Origin: Octopus vulgaris
Lineage: Eukaryota
Direction: 5' to 3'
DNA: 64,000 nucleotides
Assembly (NCBI GenBank): GCA_951406725.2
Contig: OX597819.1
Location: 63,922,001 to 63,986,000 of the forward strand
In this document: positions 1 through 14,707 of the stretch, in pieces
How the letters are laid out: each line of letters starts with the position of its first letter
How positions within the stretch are numbered: the first letter of the stretch is position 1
Position numbers and translations under genes: made by a program
Notes under the pieces: model-generated
Databases searched by the model: none
Seen by the model: the letters and a program-made list of their open reading frames with translations, nothing else
What the model was told of the DNA's origin: nothing

Positions 1-421
1 TGGTCTATATGAGGTAATGTGGACTCGTTTTCCTCTTTGGTGAATTGCACAATCACCCTATATACTGTAGAAAGCGGGATCCCAAGATTTTCTGCGATTT
101 TAGGTTGACTATGTCCACCTTCAGAATATGGCCGCTTTGAAATTCAGACAGTTTCAAGGCCTCATTTTTACATGACATGACTAAATGGTGACATGGACAA
201 AATGAAACATAAAAATGTCAATTAATAAAAAATATAAATCTTTACAAGTTAGAATAAACACAAAACGATATTTTATGGGGTGTCTATTTACTTCTGTGAT
301 GTCTGTGCGTGTATATCTATCTATCTATCTATCTAACTATCTATCTATATATATTATATATATATATAGATATATGTATATATATATATAGATATATGTA
401 TATATATATATAGATATATAG

Positions 422-454
<33 letters not shown>

Positions 455-458
455 TATG

Positions 459-528
<70 letters not shown>

Positions 529-538
529 CATATATATA

Positions 539-1413
539 CAGGGTGTGTTGAATATATTGTCGTCTAAATTGGACAAAAGTAAACATACCACTGACATCTC
601 ATTTTAACAGATGTAATTACGAAAATTACATGAAAATATTTTGAAATAGTAAAGAGTGAATTTATTCAATAAAATCGCCATTGGCAGCTACCACCGTCTC
701 CAGACGACTTCGAAATCTCCTGTAGCTTTTCTGGCCTTTTCCTTCTATAGGTTGGTGAATGCTGCCATAATCCTTGCCTTCAAGTCCTTTTTGGTGTTAC
801 AGGGAGTTTTGTTGATCTCTCGCTTAGCTGTGCACCCCACACAAAATAATCAATGGGGTTGGAGTCTTGGGAGTTAGGTATCCAGATGTTAGGGTTGAGT
901 GATCGCAGAAATTGTCTGGCAGCTATGACAGGGTTCTTTTGCGTGACATTGTGCAGAGTCCTGATTCCAGACATAGTGTCTTCCAGCAGCCACCGACTTG
1001 ACCGACCCAGGGCAGCACTACCTACTCGCGGTATTTGATGTAGTCCTCCGTGTTGAATCTGAGACCACCTGGAAATATATATGGAGGATAACCACGCTAT
1101 CACTAATGTTCATTCGCAAAACAATATTAACTGGATGTTTGATTTATATAACTCACGGTAAATGTTTTGGGAACACGGCAAGCCAAACGTTGTTCTGTAT
1201 GTTCACTATTCCATCGTATTGGAGCATCTGGCACAAATGCCGAGCAGAACAGTATTTCGTTTCCGCGAGTGATATGTGTCATGGTGCTGTTTCTCTCACG
1301 GACGGTGCTCATCTGACCCTACTATATTGTGTAGTCGACTAAATCTTAAACAAGCAATGCAGATGCGGGAAATAAAAAATATAATATGGCGACAATTTAC
1401 CCATCGAACGCTG
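539..1413 (-). mobile_element. Decayed, internally deleted Tc1/mariner element, probably maT/DD37D-like
   Basis: Degenerate TIRs CAGGGTGTGTTGAATATATTGTCG (539) and GGCGACAATTTACCCATCGAACGCTG (ends 1413), TA on the left. Minus ORF 780..1103 has WIPNSQDSNPIDYFVWG, matching the WPPNSPDLNPLDYxxWG transposase motif. Confidence 0.75.
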
Positions 1414-1455
1414 TGTAAGTATATGTGTGTATATATATTTAATCGGATGTACCTT

Positions 1456-1506
<51 letters not shown>

Positions 1507-2617
1507 CACACATATTAAATTTACATCTAATATAGGATAAAAGTTTTCGAAAAATTTTCTATCAATGGCCAGCATTATAAAAAATACCTTTAAAGGTAAG
1601 ATTTATAAACGGCTTATAAACAAAGGCAAAAGAAAAGAAACTATAATGCCAAATATGCCGAAAATAGACAAATAACCATGTAAATTATCACTCTAAGCAC
1701 GCGTCATTCACACACACACACCCATATACACACACACATATATAAAGAAGGTACATCTTTTTTCCCTCTAATTCAATTATAATCATGTCACATGAATGTA
1801 AATTTAATGTACAAATTCGTAATTAAATCTTTGAGTATTAATACAAATAGCTGCAAGGAGCAAGAATGACCAATTTGTCGTTAATAAACATTCATTAACT
1901 TTTTTCTTTTGGTTTTTTCAATTGATATAAACTATATGACTTATATACAGCTATTATTTGAAGGGAATTTCATTCCTCCAAAATACTAGGTGTTCAATAA
2001 GTATTTCCTTGGATGCAACCATACCGTCACGAGGTCAACATATCCTCTAATTAAATATATAAATATATAGACTTGTACACACCGACACATGTGTATTTCG
2101 CGCAGCTTCAGTACATTCTGCATTAGCTTCTTGACGTATGGATATCAACCTTAATAATAATATGATATGAAAAGGAGTTTTACATATTTCAGTAACAAAT
2201 GGAGGAGACGGCCAAATATGGAAGGGCTATTGTTGAATATCTAAATCGTAGGAGGTAATCACGGAAATTGATATATATTATTAACATAAATGGAATATGT
2301 GTCTCAAATAATATTCTCAAATAATGTCTCAAATAATATTCGTCAGAATAGAATTGGATGAAACATAAACAACTACAGAACTAGGAATAAATAATTGCTA
2401 GAGAATGTTCTAGAAATACGGAAGCATATATATGATTATGTGAAACAAATGTGAGAAATAATAAAGTACGCATCCAGTCTTATTTAACGGCATTACATAA
2501 CAACTTACGCAAGGGAGCATTCTATTTCAAAATCAATTTTTCTGCCTCTCTCTCTCACTCTCACACACACTCTCTCTCTCAGTATACATGATGCATTATC
2601 TAGCTATCTAAATATCT

Positions 2618-2762
<145 letters not shown>

Positions 2763-2913
2763 ATCTATCTACTTTTTTCTGTGGATGGCTTACACGCGCC
2801 AGTATTAGACTATTTTATTTAGTCACTACACTGTTATTGCATGTATGTATATATGTATATATATTTAAATATAAATATTATACATACGTACACACACACA
2901 CACACAAACACAC

Positions 2914-2944
<31 letters not shown>

Positions 2945-2946
2945 GA

Positions 2947-2987
<41 letters not shown>

Positions 2988-3282
2988 GCGTATACCTGTA
3001 TACCTACATATGCATCTAAGTATATATGCCCAAAAATATATGAAAAGTGAGAAAGTGATAGATGATGAGAGAGGTAATATATAGATTCATTCGTAAACAC
3101 GTATACACAGTCTAACCCAAAGCTATGCACATACATACACACGTATGCACAGAACCAAAAATGCACTCACACCCATCACACATATACATACGCATGTGTG
3201 TGTGTATGTGCTTGCATTACATATATCAATAGAGAACACGTCTTACTAGTGAGGTTATTTTTCACATTTTTACATATGGACT

Positions 3283-3334
<52 letters not shown>

Positions 3335-3906
3335 CATACATATATATATACTTACATACACACATGCATACATGCATATATGCAACACAAGCACACACAT
3401 ACAGACACATATAAATGTTTGTGTGTAAATTTTCTGTTTTATGTGTTATGATGTCAAATGTATGTGCGCAGACGAATATCTATTTCCCGCTTTCTACATA
3501 TATATATATATATATATACATGAGCAAAATTCAATTATGTATAAAACCCACGCATAGCGTTATATCTTTAGATCCCGAAATCTCTTAAAATTATATTTTC
3601 GTTTTGTATGTGACTGTCTTTAAATTTACCTTCCAATTTTATAGATAGATTAATACATAGGTGACTTAGTGCATTAAGCACAATTCCGGGCAAATTTAAA
3701 TCGGAAATTAACGATGAAAGTTTGCACGTGGAACCATATAGGAAAAAAATTGGAAATAGAGAGCTTTGAAATATCACATCTTAGAGACGAGAGCGAAAAC
3801 TGTTTTGACAACAAACGAATTTATCCGCACGCATATGTATATACATATACACACATGTGTATGTGTGCATATACATACATATGTATGTGTGCATATACAT
3901 ACACAC

Positions 3907-3949
<43 letters not shown>

Positions 3950-3969
3950 TGTATATATATATATATACG

Positions 3970-4034
<65 letters not shown>

Positions 4035-5157
4035 ATATGTATATATGTATATTGTGTGTATCTTGTGCACCTGTCTCATTCTATGTGTGGATGTACGTAC
4101 CTGTATGCTTATCTGTGTATACTTGTATACACACATATGCACATTTACACACACACGTACAAGCTGTCACGCATGCATATATAAATACATATAGATATAT
4201 ACATTGATTCATTCATAGATTTATATACTTTATTGAAACACTGAACGTGTGACATAAAGGTTGGAGAAAGCGTTAATGTATTTTCAAATATTTTTTTTTT
4301 ATATACAGTTTAGATTTATACCAATACAAGTTCACTTGCACGAATTCTCTCTCAAGTAAATTCTGTTTATAGTCGCAGAAACGTTTCAAGAGACTGGATT
4401 ATCTCTAAATTTTAATCTTGTGATCGTTTCAGCCATTCTACTGCAGCGTTCAGGGGCGGCACCTTTTAGATAACTGGTCGAGCAAATTGGACTCCGTATT
4501 CCTTTTCAAGTTTGCTATTTCTCCTCTCGTCTTTATTTGCAAAAAAGCTAAATTACTGTGGCGTAACCCGAAAAGAACTGCGGTGGAGGAGGACAGAAAC
4601 AAACGTACATACACAGACATAAGTGCATGTGCGTATATAGACGTGTGTATTAACCTTTTTTGTGTGCGCGTGTGTGTTCGAGCGTGTATGAGGGCATGCA
4701 TATAGGTTTTGGCGAAAGTGTGGGTGAGCATGTGTGTGTTTCAAGTGAGGTGGATGAGTATATACATATAGGTGAATGTACGTGGGTGTGCGGGTGCGCA
4801 TTTGTGTGTATGGGCATGATCGCTTACGCGATGGCTATGAACATTTTTACATTCTTACCCTATACTCGCTCCCCTTAATTAGCGGTCACTCTAATAGCTC
4901 TTTTGTCTAAATAACTATCAATCACACAGTAATTTCCCTTTCTTTTAACGGTCATTTTCACAACATTTTTTTCGATGGCCTGATAACAGAAGAGATGCCG
5001 GCGAGGGTTTCAGTCCCGACATCCGAAACTCGGAGTTTTATCATGGCTACCGAATAACAGTCACATATTATATTTACAGATAAATTTCTCCATTTACATA
5101 ATATCGCGGTCACATTCATTATTTTGTTGTCTTGTTATTACTATCATTATATATATA

Positions 5158-6780
5158 CAGTTGCGGTCAAAATGTTCAGAACGGCATTGTTTTCGGCAGA
5201 AAAGTAAGTATAAGTTTTTATCAAAGTTATTTTATATTCTATAATTATTACAGAGAATAAATACGATATTAATTGTTATTGTCTGAGATTTTGGTGTAAT
5301 TTGAGAGGATAATACAAAAGTTATTGATGATTTAGTGATTTACTGCAAAACCCATGGCGGCTAAAATGATCAGAACGGTTACTTTTACTCCGTGTTTTAG
5401 TATATTTAACCGGCGAACTCTAATGTTTTGAATTTGTTTACGTGACGGTTCGTTTATTAAACATTAGTAAGAATATCTGCAGTGTACTTTGTTAATATAA
5501 TGCCACTTACTCTGTTACCAATTCGTCAGCAGATTATTAAGCTTCGAAAGAAGGATAATTTAAGTATTGGGTCTATTGCGAAAGTTGTTAACAAGTCAAA
5601 AAGTGTTGTTCACGGTATTCTTAAGATCTACGATGATTGTGGTTCGTGTGAAGCTAGAAAGTCTACAGGTAGGCCAAGAAAAACGACCAAGAGAGAAGAT
5701 CGTGCTATGGTAAATTTGGTTAAAAAGGACGGATTTAAAACTGCTGCTGCTGTTTCTCGGGAAATGAGCATTGTACTGAAGAAAACTTTATCTCGAAAAA
5801 CTGTGTCTCGTCGTTTAGTTGAACATGACCTACAAGCAAGAGCACCTGCAGTGAAGCCACTGATCAGCTCCAAGAATAAAATGTGTTGTCTTACCTTTGC
5901 AACCGAACATGTGTTGTGGTCTCAAGAAAAATGGCAAACGTTGCATTTTAGTGATGAATCTAAGTTTATGTTATTTGGCTCAGATGGGAAAAGGTACGTT
6001 CGTCGAAAAGTAGGTGAAAAATTGTCGCCTAAATGCCTTAAGACTAGTGTTAAATTCGGTGAAAGAAGTGTCATGATTTGATGGATGATATCTGGAGATG
6101 GTATGGGCCCTTTGGTGCGATTACATGGAAAGGTGAATGCAGGAGTTTATAAACAACTTGTAAAAGATCATGTCTTGCCTGTGCTGAGAAATTCAACAAA
6201 GCGACCACCCATATTCATGCAGGACAATGCCCCATGTCACATGGCTAAGGTGGTCATGAACTTCCTCAAGGTTGAAAACGTTATTGGTTTGGATTGGCCT
6301 GATCAAAGCCCAGATCTCAATCCTATTGAAAATGTGTGGAATATTCTAGAACGTTCGAAAGCCAGAAATCCTAAAACAACCGAGCAATTATGGGATGCCC
6401 TTCAGGAAGAATGGAATAAGATCACCCAGCAAGAAATTGAAAATTTAATTTCCTCATGGAGACGAAGATGTCAAAGTGTGATTGAAGCTAAAGGGCTTCA
6501 CACTAAATATTAAATAATTCCAGTATTCTCTGTCATTTTTGATTATTTTGTTACTTTTTCAACCTTTCTGATCATTTTGGCCGCCATGGGTTTTGCAGTA
6601 AATCAATAAACCATCAATAACTTTTGTATTCTCCTCTCAAATTACACCAAAATCTCAGAGAATAACAATTAATATCGTATTTATTGTCTCTGAAAATTAT
6701 AGAATATAAAACAACTGTGATAAAAACTTATACTTACTTTTCTGACGAAAACAATGCCGTTCTGAACATTTTGGTAGCAA

Positions 6781-6783
<3 letters not shown>
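5158..6783 (+). mobile_element. Full-length Tc1 (DD34E) transposon, IR/DR type, 1626 bp
   Basis: About 220-bp TIRs (5158-5380 and 6561-6783) starting CAGTTGC, TA on both sides. Each TIR has outer (CGGTCAAAATGTTCAGAACGG) and inner (CGGCTAAAATGATCAGAACGG) direct repeats. Confidence 0.97.
5500..6513 (+). pseudogene. Tc1 transposase, about 337 codons, one in-frame TGA at 6079-6081
   Basis: HTH N-terminus, GRPRK motif, FSDESKF, QDNAPCH, SPDLNPIENVW with 34 residues between the second D and E. ORFs 5482..6081 and 6085..6513 share a frame. Confidence 0.95.
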
Positions 6784-6821
<38 letters not shown>

Positions 6822-6837
6822 TGTAGGTATGTATGTA

Positions 6838-6868
<31 letters not shown>

Positions 6869-6904
6869 GCATGCATGTATGTATGTATGTATATATATAT
6901 ATAT

Positions 6905-7118
6905 GGCTGACGGTTAGTAAGGAGAGACACAAATAAGTAAGAAGTAAACAAAGGACCACTGATGCGGTCACAGGAGTGTGACGAAAGAACTCTGGCCGAT
7001 ATAAGATTAAGATTAATGTAAAAAATAAATAACACTGAAGCAAAGTAACACCAAATATATAGTGCGTGTGTTTTTATTGACTAAACTGGCAAAATGACCA
7101 TTCCTAAATACAACAATA
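6905..7118 (+). mobile_element. Penelope-type terminal-repeat fragment with HHR-like motif (6956-6995)
   Basis: CCA-CTGATGC-G-GTCACA-GGAG-TGTGAC-GAAA-GAAC-TC-TGG. The 3' part is shared with 41095-41172 (inverted) and 61490-61530. Confidence 0.55.
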
Positions 7119-7260
7119 TATATATACAGACATATACATATATACATAATATAAATAGTATATACATATATGCATATATATATATACATGCATGTTGTAG
7201 AAGGTTCTTTCCTGATCCATTTCATATAATTATATGATTATATACATAATTAATAATTTC

Positions 7261-7325
<65 letters not shown>

Positions 7326-7433
7326 TTCGGGGTGAGTACTTGATAATTATAAGCACCTGTGTATACCGTTTGGTGGTGTAGGTGGTGGAGTAAATTGATC
7401 AAAATAAAATAAAAACATGATGCTAAGGATTCA

Positions 7434-7511
7434 GCGGTACATATGTTTCGGGCCTTTATTAGACAGATTTATAACAATGCATAATGTATGTCTGTGGCCT
7501 TCTTCAGCCGC
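7434..7511 (-). ncRNA. Minimal type I hammerhead ribozyme (mirror copy)
   Basis: Reverse complement of 7755-7832 in the left palindrome arm. Confidence 0.85.
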
Positions 7512-7754
7512 GCACAACAGCTTCCACAAGGACATGTGTTACTTCAAAAATTCTTGGTTGGGGATGCAAATCCTCTCATTCACATACGTCATAATGTGGC
7601 AGCAGCATAGAATTGAAGCGTCCATCTCTTTAAGAAAGAGATGGACGCTTCAATTCTATGCTGCTGCCACATTATATCGTACGTGAATGAGAGGATTTGC
7701 ATCCCCAACCAAGAATTTTTGAAGTAACACATGTCCTTGTGGAAGCTGTTGTGC

Positions 7755-7832
7755 GCGGCTGAAGAAGGCCACAGACATACATTATGCATTGTTATAAATC
7801 TGTCTAATAAAGGCCCGAAACATATGTACCGC
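7755..7832 (+). ncRNA. Minimal type I hammerhead ribozyme
   Basis: GCGG-CTGAAGA-AGGCC...GGCCC-GAAA-CATATG-TA-CCGC. Helix I GCGG/CCGC, palindromic helix III, GUA cleavage triplet. Confidence 0.85.
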
Positions 7833-7870
7833 TGAATCCTTCGCATCATGTTTTTATTTTATTTTGATCA

Positions 7871-7910
<40 letters not shown>

Positions 7911-8899
7911 CACAAAAATACACACACATGAGGATAGATAGACAGATAGGCAGACAAACGGGTTGATGAAATATATGCGTCCTGCATGTAAAGCAGTACT
8001 ATTGGTTAGCTGTATAGACAAGACGGGATATGTTCACGCTTATATACTTATATATGTGTATTGGAAGTCGTGCCATGTCTTTGTAGTTGTGGCTTTATTC
8101 GCACACGAATTTTCTTTGCACAATAAGTATGGAAAAAAAAAAAAAAAACACACTCACACACACACACACTCACACACGCACACAGGCACGCACGCACACA
8201 CACACACACACACACACGCACACACACAGATACACACAAACTATGACATAAACATACCTACCTAATTCGTCTAAGACAATTAAATTGTGATAAGCCGTAG
8301 AAATACTATTCGAAAATGTCAATAGGTTATCAATTGTTTTGTATATGTTCTTCCCTTTGGGAAAGTGGTTTAAGCTTTCAAAAAATCTTATATTACCCTA
8401 GTGATCTATAATACATCGTTTTTGATTTATATTGCACTCATTAATAGCTTTTAGTTCAAAAGTAAGATAAAAACATTCCCAAGGAACATTTTTATGTCTT
8501 GAGTATGGATTCATCTTAGAAATAAATTCGAGGAATAAACTCTGTTTGCTTTTTTCTTTCCTGTATCCCATACACACATTGATGTGTCGATACATATACA
8601 TATATATATATAAGTATAAATGTATAAATGTAATAGATTTATACTTATATTTAGATGTATCTACACATAGAGACAATAATATGAGTGCGTCTGCTTGCAT
8701 GAATGAATGCGTGTATATATTTTTGTTTCTCTGTTTTCAGTTGGGAATAGACATTAGATTTTTGCATTGTCTTTCGTAGAACAGCATTAACTATTTTGAT
8801 ACGGGAATCGAATGTGAGATAATATAACTGTCTGTCTTTATGCGTTTACAATGGACATACATCATCGTGAGTAAAGTGTAAAATATTAAAGTGTATACG

Positions 8900-8974
<75 letters not shown>

Positions 8975-9013
8975 TATGTATGTATATGTATGTATATATA
9001 TATAACATATATA

Positions 9014-9315
9014 TTCTCTTTTACTTTTGTCAGTTATTTGCCTGTGGCCATGCTGGATTCCCACCTTTAGTCGAATAAATCAACCCCAGAACTTATTATT
9101 TGTAAGCCTAGTGTTTATTTTATGGTTGTCTTTTTGCTGAACCGCTAACTGACGGGGACGTAAACACACGGGCATCGATTGTCAAGTTATAGTGGCGGGG
9201 GTCAAACCCAGCTACAAACATGCATATATACATACATACATATATATATATAAATATATATATATATACATACACACACACGCACATATATATATACAAA
9301 CACACACACACATAT

Positions 9316-9360
<45 letters not shown>

Positions 9361-9457
9361 ACTCGCAAGGCTTTGGTCGTCCGAAGGCTATAGTGCAAGA
9401 CACCTGCCTCGGAAGTGGGAGACACCTGCTCCTCACCACATAGTTACACTTGCGCCT
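9014..9457 (-). mobile_element. tRNA-derived SINE family A (internal microsatellite)
   Basis: Shares GCTGAACCGCTAA...ACGGGGACGTAAACAC and ACTCGCAAGGCTTTGGTCG blocks with other copies in the window. Confidence 0.8.
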
Positions 9458-9604
9458 GTATATCTATATTATATATATATATATATATATATTCATGCAG
9501 GACTACATTAAAACATACCTTACCTACGTAAATACATACATTGTACACAAACAGGCGCACATTTATGCCTTCTCATTTGTTTGTGTACGTTTGTGTGTGT
9601 CTGT

Positions 9605-9672
<68 letters not shown>

Positions 9673-9984
9673 CCACGCGCCTTGGATGTCTGTGTTGCAA
9701 AAGTGAAATTTAGAAAAATTGATATCTGGTTTGGGATGCGGAAGAAAAAAGAATTATTGTACGAAAATTCGTCCTATTGCTCAGCAGAATGTGGAGTTGG
9801 AAATCTCTTCAATTTCGTATGTGTTTGTACATTTATGAGATGATGAAATACTAAGACTGCTTTCATTGTCGAACCTACCTTTCAAAACATCCTATTAAAA
9901 GCCGCTGATCTTCTGCATGCTGTTAAGTCTGTCTCGAGAACAAGCAAGTCCGCGTGAACGTCGAGAGGTTCGATTAGAAAGCCA

Positions 9985-10330
9985 GGGGATAACTATTACC
10001 TCAACCCAGTGTCCAGATGGTATTTATATTTATTTTATCGGTCTCTGAGAATAGCGGAAGCCATAGTTAACATGACAAGCATTTGATATCAGGACATCAA
10101 GTCAGAAGAAACAACTGCAAGTATTTTAATAATTAAAAACAACCGATAGCACTAGACCTAGAATATTTAGGAAAGGGGTTAGTCGATTGCATTTATTTCA
10201 GTGATCAACTGGTAATTATTGAATCGAAACCGAAAGGTTGAAAGGCACAGTCGAACTCTGTAAATTCGAACAAAATTATGCGAGGTATTTTGTCCTGTGC
10301 GGTAAAAATTTTAACTATCCGTCTCCTTTA
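9985..10330 (-). mobile_element. Two decayed family B SINE fragments
   Basis: CAACTGGTA...ATCGAAACCGAAAGGTTGAAAGGCACAGTCGA matches the family B core in reverse. Confidence 0.6.
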
Positions 10331-10397
10331 TAATTGAAAAAAAACCCAAAAAAAAAACACAACTCCAGAAAATTACAAATATATATTTTCGAAGAAC

Positions 10398-10548
10398 TAG
10401 CTGTGTGTTGAGAAGCTTGCTTCCCAACCACGTTGTTCGGGGTTCAGTCCCACAGGTGGCAGCTTGGGTAAGTGTCTTCTAGTATAGCCTTGACCCGACC
10501 AAAGCTTTGTGAGTGGATTTAGTAGATGTAAACTGAAAGAAGCTCGCC

Positions 10549-10603
<55 letters not shown>

Positions 10604-10830
10604 CGTGCGTGTGTGTGCGTGTGTGTGTGTGTATGTGTGTGTTTGAGTATACTTCTGTGTCTGTGCTTGCCTGTTTCTCAACATCGCTCTTGACAACTGA
10701 TGCTGGTGCGTTTACGTCCCCGTAACCTAGCGGTTCGGCAAAAGAGACAATAGAATAAGTAATAAACTTACAAAGAGTAAGATCTGGGGTCGAATTTCGC
10801 GACTAAAGGCGGTTCTCCAGCAAGTAAAAG
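10398..10830 (+). mobile_element. SINE family A
   Basis: A-box-like GCTGTGTGTTGAG, B-box GGTTCAGTCCC, internal (TA)n(TG)n, conserved tail CGTCCCCGTAACCTAGCGGTTCGGCAAAAGAGAC. Confidence 0.85.
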
Positions 10831-10844
10831 AATTTTCAAGATTA

Positions 10845-11065
10845 AGGCTGCGACAAGGTAGAACCTTTGGCACTTGGGTAAATGCTTTGTAGCATTTCGT
10901 CCTATTTTAATCTGCTTTTGTTTTAGTGTGTTCTGAATTCAAATTCTACCGAGGTCAATTTTGCTTTCCATCCTTTCGGAGTGGATTATATAATTACCAG
11001 TCAAGCACTGATGCAGATGTAACTGGCTTATCCCCTCACCAAGAATTACTAACCCTGTTAGAAAA
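10845..11065 (+). mobile_element. SINE family B
   Basis: TTCTGAATTCAAATTCTACCGAGGTCAATTTTGCTTTCCATCCTTTCGG core. Confidence 0.75.
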
Positions 11066-11080
11066 GGCGCTAAGCTGACA

Positions 11081-11620
<540 letters not shown>

Positions 11621-11633
11621 CTGTTCTCTTTTT

Positions 11634-12006
11634 TTCATTACGTCTGCCTTAGCGAATGCTGATGTATTGTTTCAGTCGTGTTTGTTTGTTCTTAAGATAT
11701 CTATCTCAAGAACCGCTGGATGGATTCGGATGAAACTTTCGTTGATATTTGGCCATGTGACTGGCACGAACTGATTAAATTTTGGTATCGATCCGGTACC
11801 GGACAAAAGTTCTGGCTTATTTTTTCTGTTGTTTTTTTTTAAATTTAATTGTTGAGAACGGTCGGGTTCATTTTACTATTCTCGTTTGTGAGAGTAGTCG
11901 AGTCTATTTTAGATGTTCCCACTTTAAAAATCATCTCCACCTAATCGTTGGGAGGACACCGGTATTACTTTGGCAGAGGTTTCCATTCCCTGGGTGCTCT
12001 TGTTTC
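11634..12006 (+). mobile_element. Helentron/HINE (DINE-1-like) non-autonomous element
   Basis: Subterminal inverted repeat TCTGCC (about 11643) / GGCAGA (about 11972), GTTT run, ATCTCAAGAACCGCTGGATGGATTCGGATGAAACTT block, degenerate 3' hairpin, T-rich flanks. Confidence 0.6.
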
Positions 12007-12217
12007 TTTTAATTCTTTCAGCCACTTGACTGCGGTCATGCTAGAGCACCTCTTTCAGTCGAACAAATCGGCCCCAGGACTTTACTTTGTAAGCCTAGGC
12101 ACTTATTCTACCAGTCTATTTAGCCGATCCGCTAAGTTACGGGGCTTAAACACACCAAGGTCGCTTGTGAAAAGACGGTGCTTGGACAAACACAGACACA
12201 CAAATACATACATACAG

Positions 12218-12248
<31 letters not shown>

Positions 12249-12270
12249 CATACATACATACTTATATGTA

Positions 12271-12302
<32 letters not shown>

Positions 12303-12425
12303 CACTCACACACATATATATATATACGTCTACCAAATCCACTCACAAGGCTGAACACGTGGGACTGAACACGGAAACATGTGGTTGGGAAGCAAGCTTC
12401 TTACCACAACGGCCACTCTTGCGCT
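12003..12425 (-). mobile_element. SINE family A
   Basis: Reverse-complement similarity to 10398-10830. Confidence 0.8.
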
Positions 12426-13324
12426 TATGCGAAAATATTATGTATAATCTCTTTCCTTTAACATATATATCTATATATTTGTAATAGGTTTCATACCATC
12501 CATTCAATAATGTTTACGACTATGCTAATGCTGATGATGATATCATGATTTTCATCATGAGCATAAAGTCTCCAGTCTGTCAAAATTTACTTGTTTTCCT
12601 TCACCACTTTATATATTCAGCCATTTTATTGTTTCTCGTTGTATATCACTTACATTTATCCAATTTCTTTTATATATTCCATTTGCCGTTAATGGCCATC
12701 TCAGTTCAATGACCTGAACGAAACTGTATTTACCTTCTACGAAAAACGATATGGTACACCCCACTTGTTTCCTCTCTGTCTGGCAATGGCTCCCTCCATC
12801 TTTCTAATCCCTCTCTAATGTTAATCTATCTTTCACTGCAATCCGTCGTTCTTTTCCGTTTGTTAGCTTTAAATTTTTCAGCTGTTCTCAGAGAAATACT
12901 TTGGAGAACAAGACACGAGATGTCATGTTAAAGCCATCACTTTAAAACATACACAGAGAAATAGACTCACCACACACTCGCACCCTCACACACGTATACA
13001 CATGCAAGCAAACACAAGGTCACACAAGTACGTATGCATACGCATACACACATACACACAAAAAGGAACACTTAAACACAGATATATTTTTATTCTTATT
13101 TATTGGTAACCGCTTCTGTTTTAGACATCTTCGATGGCGAACATGGATGTTCTCTGGTTTTATATTTTAAGCATTAATACATTCATTTTAATTTCCTGAA
13201 TAAATACATTGCATCAGTAACAATGAACTTACGTAAACCAACACAGATGTAGATATTTTTAAAAGATTCATGCAATTATACATACATACATATACATACA
13301 TGCATGCACACATACATACATACA

Positions 13325-13408
<84 letters not shown>

Positions 13409-14321
13409 TATGTATATATATGATTGTTATGTATCCAGATAAATAGCGGAATAGAAGAAATGAGATTGAAAATGCATAGAGAATATATTAGAATTAATTA
13501 GAATTTAATAATATTTTAAAACATAGGAATACACTTCATCGGTTTCACAATAGATTTTCAAAAGCCTATTGCATATGGAGCTGTGTCACGAAGTATGTAT
13601 ACTCTAGTCGTTGTTATAAAAATAGTTTGCATAAAGGATGAAAACGCTATCCGTTAACGCACAAACTGAAAAAGACAACCTTGATGTATTAAATATACTT
13701 ATGTGTGTGTGTGGATGTGTGTCTGTGAGTTAACGTTATGAAGTTATGAGATTCCATAGTCGTTTCTCGGGACATTTATCTACATGAACATTATATATAC
13801 ATAGGTTTGGTACTAAATTACAAGACATAAGTATTTGAAGAAATCTAGATTGCACACTGCACATCTGCCAAGAAAATAGGGTGTTTTCTCTTATTGACTG
13901 AAATCATGTTTCGCATGTATAGGTATTAAACCTCATGCTATGTGCATTTGTTGTTGGATAAATTCCATTATGCAGACACAGACACACGTCTGTTGTGACC
14001 CATTTTTTTCAGGCCACATCTTCGCAGACATGGCGCATCGTACAACCTTTATGGTATATACATGGGTTAATCAGTAGCCATGATGTCGGCATTTTGAAAC
14101 CCGATGCGAATCGTGATAATACAAGTAACTCTTATGAAGTATTCAGATGGCTACCAGTCTTCTTCGATGTAAGCTAACTGTTTTAATATTTATGTTTTCC
14201 AGCGTTGTTTACTGTAAACCCATAAATGAAGCAGTTCCTAAAAAGAAGTAGGCATAAATATCGTGAAATTTAGTCCGAGCGCCATGTCTATGCAAGCATG
14301 TATATGTATATATATATAAAT

Positions 14322-14357
<36 letters not shown>

Positions 14358-14491
14358 GCCAATATCTATCTCTAAAAACAAACGCGCATGTTTATTTATA
14401 TGTATGTAAGTATGTATGTATATATGAGTATATATATACATATATACTTAAGGCTGCATTGGCATTCGAGACATATGGCACGTAGACGACT

Positions 14492-14523
<32 letters not shown>

Positions 14524-14643
14524 TTCCTTTTGTTATGTTGTAGGAGAAAACACACGTATATAGCTATGCACAGAGGCAGTAAACAGGGAACTTAAGTGTA
14601 TGAAAGTGCGAGAGAGACTCAAATCGTATGTGGGCGTGTAAGT

Positions 14644-14707
<64 letters not shown>

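Larger units (their letters stand above)
7391..7875. repeat. 485-bp near-perfect palindrome (241-bp arms, 3-nt loop), probably a Penelope inverted pseudo-LTR
   Basis: Arms 7391-7631 and 7635-7875, 4 mismatches by eye. Lies between (TA)n tracts. ORFs 7417+ and 7589- are mirror images. Confidence 0.95.

Noticed and set aside
1-290. Possible DNA-transposon end (…TTTTATGGGGTGTCTA)
   Set aside because: The partner terminus is not in the window, so it cannot be supported.
7417-7849. Twin 89/86-aa ORFs on opposite strands
   Set aside because: A by-product of the palindrome; no recognisable protein motif.
13538-13612. Possible minus-strand HHR relic
   Set aside because: The CUGANGA half is not recognisable (reads CTAGAG).
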